Part shown: positions 10,597 to 19,229 of the stretch, in pieces
How positions within the stretch are numbered: the stretch's first letter is position 1
Layout of the letters: each line of letters starts with the position of its first letter
Assembly: GCA_018818785.1 (NCBI GenBank)
Contig: JAHIRF010000002.1
Coordinates: 67,122-131,121, forward strand
Direction of reading: 5' to 3'
DNA length: 64,000 bases
Origin: Thermoplasmatota archaeon
GTDB taxonomy: Archaea; Thermoplasmatota; Thermoplasmata; UBA10834
The notes under the pieces: model-generated
Told to the model about the DNA's origin: nothing
The model's database searches: none
Seen by the model: the letters and a program-made list of their open reading frames with translations, nothing else
Translations under genes and position numbers: made by a program

Positions 10597-11520
10597 CTAC
10601 TTCACGATGTCCAGCCAGGATGAGTATTTGTCGTCCTTGCCTCTGGCGATCTGAAGGAATTTTTCCTGAAGTGCCATAGTGGTGGGGCCAGGTGAACCGT
10701 TGCCAACATTCCTTCGGTCTACCTCTCTGATAGGAGTGACTTCTGCTGCAGTGCCCGTAAAGAAGAGCTCATCAGCAAGATACATTTCGCCTCTGGAGAA
10801 ATCTTGTTCGATCACCACAAACCCGAGATCTCTTGCGACTGTCATGACCGATTCTCTTGTTATGCCGGGAAGTACTCCTGTGCTAAGCGGCGGAGTCAGT
10901 AGCTTGCCATTCCTGACCATGAATATGTTCTCGCCGGAACCCTCGGCAACCATGTGCTGATCGTTGAGCATTATTGCTTCATCGAAACCATTCAGCTTCG
11001 CCTCCATGACTGCGAGAGCGCTGTTCAGGTAATCGCCGCATACCTTTGCGGTTGCGGGGACCGATCCAACGGGCATCCTATGCCATGAGGATGTGTGCAC
11101 CCTGATACCCTTCTTCATGCCTTCATCCCCTAGGTACGACCCCATGGGGAATGCGACGATGAATGTCTCGACGGGATAGCCGAGCGGGTTCACTCCGATG
11201 CCAGAAACCCCGAAGAATGAAATCGGCCGTATATAGCATGAATCCAGGTGGTTCACTTTGACGAGTTCTCTCGCTGCAGTGCAGAGTTCATCGATGCTAT
11301 GCGGTATCTCCATGTTGATTGCCTTTGCAGATGTGTGGAGTCTGGACATGTGCTCCTTCAGCCTGAAGATCGCGGGTCCTTTGTCCGTGCTGTAGCATCT
11401 GATTCCTTCGAAGGCTCCTGTCCCGTAATGCAGGCAATGCGTGAGCACGTGGACGGTCGCATCCTTCCACGATATCAACTCTCCATTCTTCCAGATCTTC
11501 TCCATTGGTTGAATCTGCAT
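10597..11520 (-). CDS. ilvE: Branched-chain amino acid aminotransferase
   Basis: LHYGTGAFEGIR, YIRP, AKVCGDY, EGSGENIF, LPGITR, GTAAEVTPI. Confidence 0.95.
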   Translation of the reverse strand: MQIQPMEKIWKNGELISWKDATVHVLTHCLHYGTGAFEGIRCYSTDKGPAIFRLKEHMSRLHTSAKAINMEIPHSIDELCTAARELVKVNHLDSCYIRPISFFGVSGIGVNPLGYPVETFIVAFPMGSYLGDEGMKKGIRVHTSSWHRMPVGSVPATAKVCGDYLNSALAVMEAKLNGFDEAIMLNDQHMVAEGSGENIFMVRNGKLLTPPLSTGVLPGITRESVMTVARDLGFVVIEQDFSRGEMYLADELFFTGTAAEVTPIREVDRRNVGNGSPGPTTMALQEKFLQIARGKDDKYSSWLDIVK

Positions 11521-11542
11521 GGTCTAATCTCCTCTCATGATC

Positions 11543-12334
11543 CTAACTGACTACCCTGTTCTTCAAGCATCCGATACCTTCAAGATCGACCTCGACCAGG
11601 TCTCCGGGTCTCATGGCGGCGATTCCAGATGGTGTTCCCGTTGCAATGACATCTCCTGGCTCAAGTGTCATTACATTTGATATGTATTCGACCAAAGCCG
11701 CGTCATCGAACACCCTGTCGGATAATGGTGCATCCTGTACGATGTTCCCGTTCAACCTGGTCAATATGCGTGTCGGGGCCTGGCCTGAGACGAACGGGCC
11801 CATCGGGGCAAATGTGTCGAAGCCTTTCGCCCTTGTCCAATCAGGGTCGATCTTCTGGAGGTCGCGGGCGGTGACATCGTTCATGCATGTGAAGCCGAAA
11901 ATATGGGATCCGCCGTCATCGGTGTGCCTGGCCCTCTTGCCGATTATTATAGCGGATTCGCCCTCGTAATCTACTCTCGAAGACATCTGCGGTATGCGTA
12001 TATCGTCTCCTGGACCGATTATTGCAGAGGACGGTTTTGTGAAGATTATTGGCACCTTCGGTACCTCCCAGTTCATCTCCTCTATATGACTTCGATAGTT
12101 GAGTCCGATGCAGATGATTTTGGACGGTCTCGGAAATGGTGCGAGCACGGTGACTCGCAAGGATGGGTGACGGATCGCCTTCTCGGCGAATCCATGGCTG
12201 AGAACGTCCTCCATGGAGGTCTGGTCCGTCTCTATGACTTCGTCTCCATCGACGATTCCGACGAACATTCGGTCCTCAATCCTGAATCGGCCCAGCCGGA
12301 TTCCGTTTGGTATCGAGGGTTCCAACTTATCCAC
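11543..12334 (-). CDS. Fumarylacetoacetate hydrolase family protein
   Basis: CIGLNYRSH, DYEGE, NDVTARD, WTRAKGFDTF, TGTPSG. Confidence 0.92.
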   Translation of the reverse strand: MDKLEPSIPNGIRLGRFRIEDRMFVGIVDGDEVIETDQTSMEDVLSHGFAEKAIRHPSLRVTVLAPFPRPSKIICIGLNYRSHIEEMNWEVPKVPIIFTKPSSAIIGPGDDIRIPQMSSRVDYEGESAIIIGKRARHTDDGGSHIFGFTCMNDVTARDLQKIDPDWTRAKGFDTFAPMGPFVSGQAPTRILTRLNGNIVQDAPLSDRVFDDAALVEYISNVMTLEPGDVIATGTPSGIAAMRPGDLVEVDLEGIGCLKNRVVS

Positions 12335-12386
12335 CTACTGCGATGTAGACATTAGGCATCGATCATGTATGTCTTTCTCGGATGCC

Positions 12387-13367
12387 CTACTTGAACATCT
12401 TTCTTATCGATCTGCCGACGACTTCGATCTGGTCCTTCTCACCGTCTTTCCTCAGCTTGGTAAGAGTGGCCATCCCGGAATTGCATTCGTTGACCCATTC
12501 CTTCGCAAACGCGCCCGACTGGATCTCTTTGAGGACTGCCTGCATGCTCTTCTTCACGCGAGCATCGATTATCCTGGGTCCACGCGTCCTTCCACCGTAT
12601 TCCGCGGTGTTTGATACATTGTTCCACATACCCTCGATGCCGCCCTTCTGGACGAGGTCGATTATGAGCTTGAGTTCATGGAGGACCTCGAAATATGCGA
12701 TCTCTGGTTGGTAACCAGCTTCGACAAGCACTTCGAACGATTTCTTTATGAGATCGCTCGCGCCGCCGCATAGATCAACTTGTTCTCCGAACAGGTCGGT
12801 CTCAGTCTCCTCAGTGAAAGTCGTCTCGATGACCCCCTTGGTCGTCGCTCCCAGTCCCTTCGCGATGGCGAGCGCGGTTTTCTTGGCCTTACCGCTCGCA
12901 TCCTGATGGACGGCTATCAATGCCGGCACTCCATTGCCTGCCACGAATGTCTCTCGAACCAAAGCACCAGGCCCTTTCGGGGCCACCATTATGACATCGA
13001 CGTCCTTCGGCGGGACAATGAGTTTGAAGTGTATGTTGAATCCGTGGGCGAAGTCGAGAGTCATCCCTGCCTTCAAGTTTGGCGCCACCTCAGAGTCGTA
13101 GGCCATCTTCTGGACCTCGTCCGGGATGAGCATCATGACGATATCGGCATTCTTGACCGCCGTGGGGATGTCCAAGACTTCCATCTTATCGGCCTTTGCG
13201 CGCTTCCAGTAATCGTCTCTGAACTTGAGTCCGACTACCACGTTCACTCCACTGTCTCTAAGGTTGAGCGACTGTGCTCTGCCCTGTATCCCGTATCCTA
13301 TCACTGCGACCTTCTTGCCCTTGAGGGCATTCAGGTTCGCATCCTTGTTGTAGTATATCCTAGCCAT
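12387..13367 (-). CDS. ilvC: Ketol-acid reductoisomerase (class I)
   Basis: GYGIQG, FAHGFNIH, APKGPG, EETETDLFGEQ, SNTAEYG. Confidence 0.97.
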   Translation of the reverse strand: MARIYYNKDANLNALKGKKVAVIGYGIQGRAQSLNLRDSGVNVVVGLKFRDDYWKRAKADKMEVLDIPTAVKNADIVMMLIPDEVQKMAYDSEVAPNLKAGMTLDFAHGFNIHFKLIVPPKDVDVIMVAPKGPGALVRETFVAGNGVPALIAVHQDASGKAKKTALAIAKGLGATTKGVIETTFTEETETDLFGEQVDLCGGASDLIKKSFEVLVEAGYQPEIAYFEVLHELKLIIDLVQKGGIEGMWNNVSNTAEYGGRTRGPRIIDARVKKSMQAVLKEIQSGAFAKEWVNECNSGMATLTKLRKDGEKDQIEVVGRSIRKMFK

Positions 13368-13384
13368 TGTCGACCACTCCGTTT

Positions 13385-13747
13385 TCAAATCGCATTCATA
13401 GCTTCTATGTATCTTTTAGGTTGGCTCTTCATGACGAGAGCCTCAACCTCTTCGACCGTTCCTGTGACTCGGCATATCCCTTGCTTGCCTTGCATGATAG
13501 CATATGCCTCGTGTCTATCTGAATCGACGATGTCGGCTTCAATGACTTCCTGGAGCGCTCTCAGGTGCTCGAGCACGCCGTGTGCCTTCTCCTTGTCAGT
13601 GACGGAGAGCACTATCCTTGCTCTCTCGGGCATTTCACACTTGCCGACCACGATGGTCTCGACATTTATCCTCTTTCGGGTGAACTCGCCCATCACACGT
13701 TGCATTACACCGGGCTGGTCGTACACCAAGAGCATCATGACTTCCAT
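13385..13747 (-). CDS. ilvN: Acetolactate synthase regulatory (ACT) subunit
   Basis: DQPGVMQRVMGEFTRKRINVETI; position between ilvB and ilvC. Confidence 0.85.
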   Translation of the reverse strand: MEVMMLLVYDQPGVMQRVMGEFTRKRINVETIVVGKCEMPERARIVLSVTDKEKAHGVLEHLRALQEVIEADIVDSDRHEAYAIMQGKQGICRVTGTVEEVEALVMKSQPKRYIEAMNAI

Positions 13748-15430
13748 CTAATCGCCACCTCCTTTCCATATGCATCTTCCCTTTATGCATTCCGAGGATG
13801 CCTTGCCAGGTGGTGTCATTGGAAGGACGTCCTCCTCGGGATCAATCACGAAATCGAGCAATATCGGGACCTGGGATTTGATTCCCCTCTCGATGGCTTC
13901 TGCGACCTCTGACTGTTTCTCCACTCGTATCGCATCCGCCCCGTAGGCCTCCGCGAGCTTGACGAAATCGGGGTTCCTGCCGAACTCGGTCGCTATGTAT
14001 CTTGAGCCATAAAACAGCTTCTGCCACTGCTTTACGTTGCCGAGCCATCCGTTATTCAGGAGGCATACGATCACCGGTATGTCGTTCTCGACCGCCGTTG
14101 CGAACTCATGCGTGACCATCTGCAGGCTACCATCGCCTGCGATATCGGCGACGACACTATCGGGTCTGGCCAATTTCGCACCTATGGCCGCAGGGAACCC
14201 GAAACCCATGGTCCCTAGACCACCTGATGTGATGAACATGCGGTTGTCTTGACATTCGTAGAAGTGCAGCGCCCACATCTGGTTCTGGCCCACCTCGGTC
14301 GTGACAATCGCGTCGTCTGGCAATAGCTTCGACAGATCATGTATTACTTTCTGTGGTTTGATCGGATTTGATTTGATGTTGTAGTCGCAGGTGCATTCCT
14401 TCTTGAGTATCTTTATCCTCTCGATCCAGGTGGCCTTCTTCTTTCGTTTCTGCAGGCCTGCAATTAGGGCATTGACCACAGTCCATGCATCGCCCACAAG
14501 ACCGACCCTGCCCTTCACATTCTTGCCTATCTCGGACGAGTCGATATCGACATGGACTACCTTCGTCTTGGCTCCAAACTCGCTGAGCTTGCCAGTCACC
14601 CTGTCACTGAACCTGGTCCCGATTGCAAGGAGGACGTCGCAGTTGTTCAATGCATAGTTGGCCACTTGCTTCCCATGCATTCCACACACACCCAGGACAA
14701 GTGGATGGTTATCTGGGACGGACCCTTTTGCCATCAGTGTGGTGACAATGGGCGCCATCAACATCTCTGATAGCACGGCGATCTCAGGTCCCGCTCTTGA
14801 CCAAGTGACTCCTCCACCCACCATTATTGTTGGCCTCTCCGCCGATTCGAGCAGCTTGATTGCGTCGAGGAGGCCTGATAGGTTCCTGCGAGGCTTAGGC
14901 ACTCTGGCCTTAACATCGAGTTCCTCTTCGGTGTAATCCGCCTGGAATATGTCCGTTGGTATGTCTATGTGGACGGGTCCATATCTTCCTGTCGTGGCTA
15001 TCATGAACGCCCGGTTGATGGATTCAGGAAGGGCCTTCGGGTCAGTTATTCTGAAGTTGTGCTTCGTTATCGGCATCATGAGGCTGAAAGAGTCCGCTTC
15101 CTGGAACGCATCATTTCCCAGCACTCCCGTTGCCACTTGACCAGTTATCGCGATTATGGGTGATGAGTCCATGAATGCGGTGGCGACACCCGTCACCATA
15201 TTTGTCGCTCCTGGTCCCGAGGTTGCTACGCACACGCCAGGCCTCTTGGAGACCCTCGCATAACCATCAGCCATGTGTGCCGCGCACTGTTCATGGCGCA
15301 CAAGGATATGCCTGATATCCGAGTCCACGAGCTCGTCGTAGAACGGAAGTAGAACGCCGCCGGGTATGCCAAACATCAGATCGACATTCTGTTTCTCCAG
15401 CAATTTCACGGTGGCTCTGGCACCTTTCAT
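13748..15430 (-). CDS. ilvB: Acetolactate synthase large subunit
   Basis: FGIPGG, RHEQCAAHMADGYAR, GQNQMW, GDGS...NNG TPP motif; GAGGAG SD upstream of ATG 15430. Confidence 0.96.
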   Translation of the reverse strand: MKGARATVKLLEKQNVDLMFGIPGGVLLPFYDELVDSDIRHILVRHEQCAAHMADGYARVSKRPGVCVATSGPGATNMVTGVATAFMDSSPIIAITGQVATGVLGNDAFQEADSFSLMMPITKHNFRITDPKALPESINRAFMIATTGRYGPVHIDIPTDIFQADYTEEELDVKARVPKPRRNLSGLLDAIKLLESAERPTIMVGGGVTWSRAGPEIAVLSEMLMAPIVTTLMAKGSVPDNHPLVLGVCGMHGKQVANYALNNCDVLLAIGTRFSDRVTGKLSEFGAKTKVVHVDIDSSEIGKNVKGRVGLVGDAWTVVNALIAGLQKRKKKATWIERIKILKKECTCDYNIKSNPIKPQKVIHDLSKLLPDDAIVTTEVGQNQMWALHFYECQDNRMFITSGGLGTMGFGFPAAIGAKLARPDSVVADIAGDGSLQMVTHEFATAVENDIPVIVCLLNNGWLGNVKQWQKLFYGSRYIATEFGRNPDFVKLAEAYGADAIRVEKQSEVAEAIERGIKSQVPILLDFVIDPEEDVLPMTPPGKASSECIKGRCIWKGGGD

Positions 15431-15493
15431 CTCTAATTCACACTCCTCAAATCCTGCCCGCATGGACACAAGACCGCTCAGGTCGCATGCCCA

Positions 15494-15574
15494 TCACAGG
15501 CTTACAATCCGCAGGTCGACAATGACCTCTAGGGTCCCAAGAAGAAGCGTCAGATCGACTTGACCAGCGGACAT
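15494..15574 (-). CDS. Putative ilv leader (attenuator) peptide MSAGQVDLTLLLGTLEVIVDLRIVSL
   Basis: ATG-TGA 27-codon ORF read by hand; 13 of 26 residues are Leu/Val/Ile, including CTT-CTT-CTT; lies between a TATA box and ilvB. Confidence 0.72.
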   Translation of the reverse strand: MSAGQVDLTLLLGTLEVIVDLRIVSL

Positions 15575-15600
15575 TTGTACCGGGTTTGTAGATGATTGTC

Positions 15601-15614
15601 GATATATTAATATC
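15601..15614 (-). promoter_or_regulatory. TATA box of ilv leader/ilvBNC transcript
   Basis: Minus strand TTAATATA (15610-15603) about 30 nt upstream of the leader ATG. Confidence 0.6.
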
Positions 15615-15681
15615 TTGTCTGGACGGACTTGACCATTGAACGATATGCTCATTTGGACATAATTGTACATACTTCGATGGC

Positions 15682-16626
15682 CTAGCTGTGGTGACCCCTG
15701 CCGGTTATGACCGCAGCAAATGTGTGGTTGCGCGACTCTAGTCTTGTGATCGCGGTGATTGCCCCCGCCGATGCTGGGAGGATGTCTAGACCTTCCTGAT
15801 CCATGATGAGCTTGGACGCCTTCAGCAACTCCTCGTCCGATATCTCGAAAGCCGTTCCATTGGATTCGAGGATAGCGCTCATCCCCTCTTTGTCATCTAG
15901 TAGGAAATTGCCAGATAATGGTTCGTTCACCTCGGTTATTGTCAACCCCTCCACAGGGATGGGCACTCGCGACTTGTTGACGAGACCATGGATGGCAGAG
16001 TTGTTGTTGGAGTAGCCGACGATTCTCGGTTTCATGCTCATTGCCCTGAACCCCTGCCAAATTCCCGCCAGTATCGTCCCGTTCCCAAATGGCACCGATA
16101 TCCAGTCCGGCTGTCTCCCCAGCTCCTGTGCGATCTCCCTGGCTATGAATGAGTATGAGTATATCGCGAGCTCCTTGTCGGGCCCGCCCGGATTGGCGTT
16201 GTACCATCCGTTTGCCAGTGTGTCTTTCACGCAGGCGTTGAGAGCGGCCTCATAATCACCTTGAGTGATCACGATATTTCCACCGAACGCTTCTATGTCC
16301 TTGTTCCTGGTGGCCGCGAATTCCGATGGTACATAGACCCTGCAGTGCATGTCGAGTTTAGAGCACACATAAGCGAGCGCGGCGCCGTAATTGCCGCAAG
16401 TCACGGCAGCCAATGTGTTCTTTCCCTTCTTCCTCGCATCCAGTGCGTATAGAAGTGCGGCCCGGTCCTTGTGCGTCCCCGAAGAATTCTCCGATTCAAG
16501 CTTGAGATGGAGTCGCCTGATACCGAGCTTCTTCTCGAGTCTAGAAGCTCTTTTGAATGAAGTGTGCCCGATTCGAAGATTGTGCATCTGCCGCTCGAAC
16601 TCTCGCACCAGCTCCAAAGGTATCAA
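15682..16626 (-). CDS. Threonine synthase-like PLP-dependent enzyme (fold type II)
   Basis: ENSSGTHKDR PLP lysine, TCGNYG, VPFGNGT, ITGRG. Confidence 0.88.
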   Translation of the reverse strand: MIPLELVREFERQMHNLRIGHTSFKRASRLEKKLGIRRLHLKLESENSSGTHKDRAALLYALDARKKGKNTLAAVTCGNYGAALAYVCSKLDMHCRVYVPSEFAATRNKDIEAFGGNIVITQGDYEAALNACVKDTLANGWYNANPGGPDKELAIYSYSFIAREIAQELGRQPDWISVPFGNGTILAGIWQGFRAMSMKPRIVGYSNNNSAIHGLVNKSRVPIPVEGLTITEVNEPLSGNFLLDDKEGMSAILESNGTAFEISDEELLKASKLIMDQEGLDILPASAGAITAITRLESRNHTFAAVITGRGHHS

Positions 16627-16658
16627 AGTCTAGATCACCCGAGATAAGATGTTTCTAA

Positions 16659-16690
16659 GGGCGGAGGTTCCCTCCAAGCACCATCCGCCC
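16659..16690 (-). other. GC-rich intergenic hairpin between mttB-like and thrC-like genes
   Basis: GGGCGGA...UCCGCCC stem. Confidence 0.4.
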
Positions 16691-16725
16691 GTAGTTGGTT
16701 TAACCTAATAGTTTTTCTGACGGTC

Positions 16726-18192
16726 TCAGTTGAGTCCGTTATCGCGGATATCTTTCTCCGCAGCGACAACTATGTCTTCGAACTGCTTCGAGACTTCAGT
16801 TGCGACAGGCTGCACAACATGCTCCTTCATGATCTTTGCAACCTTCTCCCTAGCGCGGTCGACGGCACTCTTCTTGCCGTCTGCTTCCCAGAGCTCGCCT
16901 GTCCTCCTGTCAGTTATATCTGTCATGAAGTGCTCCTTGTGAAGCCAGTTCATGGTGTGTCTTTCTGGAAGGAAGCTTCCGCCAGGGCCGACCTTCTTAA
17001 TCAGGTCGATCGCCATGTGGTCGTCGTCAACGATCACGCCCTGGGCGAGTCTCGCCATTATCTTGACCATCTCGTTGTCGATAACCATCTGCTCGTAGCA
17101 CAGCATCGAGACATCGTCGAGCAGACCCAATCCTGCGACCATGTCGCAGCCAGCGTAGAACTGGGGCATTCCGCTGGACATCTTCTCGTAGCAGGACTGC
17201 GGGCCTGGTACCTTTGCAGAGGTGACTATTCCGCCACAGAGTATCGGGAATCCGTACCAGTGTGCAAGTTCTCCCGCTCCGCTGGATATAAGGGCCCTCT
17301 CCGGTCCGCCGCCTGCCCATGTCATGGTCTTCATATCAAAGGCCGCTCCGCCCGTCCCATAGATGAATGGTGAGCCAGGAGCTGCGAGTTGAGCCGTAGT
17401 CAGTCCCGCGAGTACTTCAGCGTTATTGACAATGATTGATCCGGCGAGCGTCACAGGTCCAGTGATACCTGCCTGTGGCATTCCGTAGAACGATATCGGC
17501 ACGCCTGCCCTCGCCAGCGCGAGTGCACCTTCAGTCGAACCTCCGTCAAGCTGTAGAGGAGAGAACGGGCAGTGCATGGACGAGAAGATTGGTCTTCTCC
17601 TCAATTCCTTCTCGCCGCCTGCGAGTGCGGAACCGAGTTTGATGAGCCACTGTGCCTCTCTCCTGTGACTGGTCGTCTCTACCTGTACGTGCTTCTCGAT
17701 GCTCATGAGGGCGACCTTGAGGTCGACGACATGTCTGTAATAATCAGGTATGTCTTGGCTGCTCACGCAAGGCCAGAAGATGTGAGCGGAATCCAGAGCG
17801 TTAGCGACCTTGCCAACCATCTCAAGATCCTTGCTCGTGGACATGCGTCTCTTTCCGGTCTCGAAATCCATAACGCCCGTGCCGTTTCCATCCGTGCAGC
17901 AGTAGACTCTTCGTCCATCGAGTACCACATCGTATTTTGGGTTACGGGCAAAGAGCGTGATGTTCTTCTTGGCCTTGGTAATGGCTTCTTCTACGAGATT
18001 ACCAGGGATCTTTGCACTGCTCTGCTTGTAATCCACAGTAGCCCCTGCAGCTTCAAGGAGCTTCAGACATTCTTCGCTGAAGACTTTTATGCCTGCGTTC
18101 TCGAGCACGTCCAACGTTCCCCAGTGAAGTGATTCCAGGTCCGTCTCCTGGAACATTCGGAACGCGATCTTTCCTTTCGGGAAACCAATCAT
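16726..18192 (-). CDS. Trimethylamine methyltransferase (MttB) superfamily, non-pyrrolysine
   Basis: SPLQLD, GITGPVTLAG, NAEVLAG, SAKVPGPQSCYEK, YEQMVIDNE, VGPGGSFL; no in-frame amber. Confidence 0.92.
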   Translation of the reverse strand: MIGFPKGKIAFRMFQETDLESLHWGTLDVLENAGIKVFSEECLKLLEAAGATVDYKQSSAKIPGNLVEEAITKAKKNITLFARNPKYDVVLDGRRVYCCTDGNGTGVMDFETGKRRMSTSKDLEMVGKVANALDSAHIFWPCVSSQDIPDYYRHVVDLKVALMSIEKHVQVETTSHRREAQWLIKLGSALAGGEKELRRRPIFSSMHCPFSPLQLDGGSTEGALALARAGVPISFYGMPQAGITGPVTLAGSIIVNNAEVLAGLTTAQLAAPGSPFIYGTGGAAFDMKTMTWAGGGPERALISSGAGELAHWYGFPILCGGIVTSAKVPGPQSCYEKMSSGMPQFYAGCDMVAGLGLLDDVSMLCYEQMVIDNEMVKIMARLAQGVIVDDDHMAIDLIKKVGPGGSFLPERHTMNWLHKEHFMTDITDRRTGELWEADGKKSAVDRAREKVAKIMKEHVVQPVATEVSKQFEDIVVAAEKDIRDNGLN

Positions 18193-18445
18193 TTCAACAT
18201 TCCCCTGTTTTGCTTCCACGGCCAGAGTATCACTCCGACTGTGCGCTTCGAGTACACCGTATTGCAAATGAGTATTTATTTGCTGATGTTGAGGTGCAAC
18301 GATAGACAGGTATGTTCATTGGGGCTGCTGGCTAGTGAGGATTCGGCTCTGCTCTCATCATCTGCTTCAGAGGCGATGCACGCACAGATCGATACGAAAG
18401 GCTTTAATGAGGGAACATATATCGACCGAAGGCCAGCACCATCAA

Positions 18446-18530
18446 GCGGGGGTAGCCAAGCCCGGTCAACGGCGCCAGATTGAGGGTCTGGTCTCGAAGG
18501 AGTCCCTGAGTTCGAATCTCAGCCCCCGCA
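18446..18530 (+). tRNA. tRNA-Leu(GAG)
   Basis: Acceptor GCGGGGG/CCCCCGC, anticodon arm CCAGA-TTGAGGG-TCTGG, long variable arm, TTCGAAT. Confidence 0.95.
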
Positions 18531-18716
18531 CTTTGATTTTTCTCGCACCAAGACGGGATTACAGAGCGCAAAGCAACATAAAGTCATTATGGACAGAATG
18601 GGTTCATTGATGATTCGATATGTTCGCCGATCTCGGTCATGATTCGCTGAATCGCCGATATGGAAATATATCTGACTTGAGAATTCAGGCTCCGATAACG
18701 GGACAGATGGCGGAAA

Positions 18717-19223
18717 ATGCTGGCGATCACACATCTCGCTGTTAGCCTATTGCTCATTCAATTGCTATCTCTCGATAGGAACGATTCTTTTGTCGCACTG
18801 ATGTTCGGCGTCGTCATAGACGTAGATCACCTATTTGGTTTGAATTCATACGCCAAGGCAAATGGCATCGCCAGTATTTTCGACTTCGATTCGCTAATGA
18901 ATGCCGATGGTCAATGGAAATCCCTTCTACACAATCCGGTATCCGTGATGATTGTTGGTCCAATCTCAGTCGCGTCGAGGATCGCGATACCGTTGATATT
19001 CTGGGGGGTCCACATATCTATGGATTGGCTAGAGGATTCACTCCTTGGACTGTTGTCCGCACCTGAGCTGATACTCGTTGTGTGTGCTTCGGGAGCTGTG
19101 TTGTGGATGAGATACTCGTTCTTCCGATCTCTCAATTCAGGTGCTTCTTTCCGGAGATACATAGCATCAGAATGGCGGGCGTTGCGCAGGTCCGCCCCCG
19201 AGCAGAGAAGTATGTCCACATAA
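18717..19223 (+). CDS. Membrane-bound putative metal-dependent hydrolase (YdjM-like)
   Basis: TH, DVDH, LHN, HISMD motifs in hydrophobic helices. Confidence 0.65.
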   Translation: MLAITHLAVSLLLIQLLSLDRNDSFVALMFGVVIDVDHLFGLNSYAKANGIASIFDFDSLMNADGQWKSLLHNPVSVMIVGPISVASRIAIPLIFWGVHISMDWLEDSLLGLLSAPELILVVCASGAVLWMRYSFFRSLNSGASFRRYIASEWRALRRSAPEQRSMST

Positions 19224-19229
19224 GGGATA

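Noticed and set aside
16726-18192. Pyrrolysine-containing methanogen MttB as evidence of methanogenesis
   Set aside because: No in-frame TAG, and no pyl, mcr or corrinoid genes in the window.
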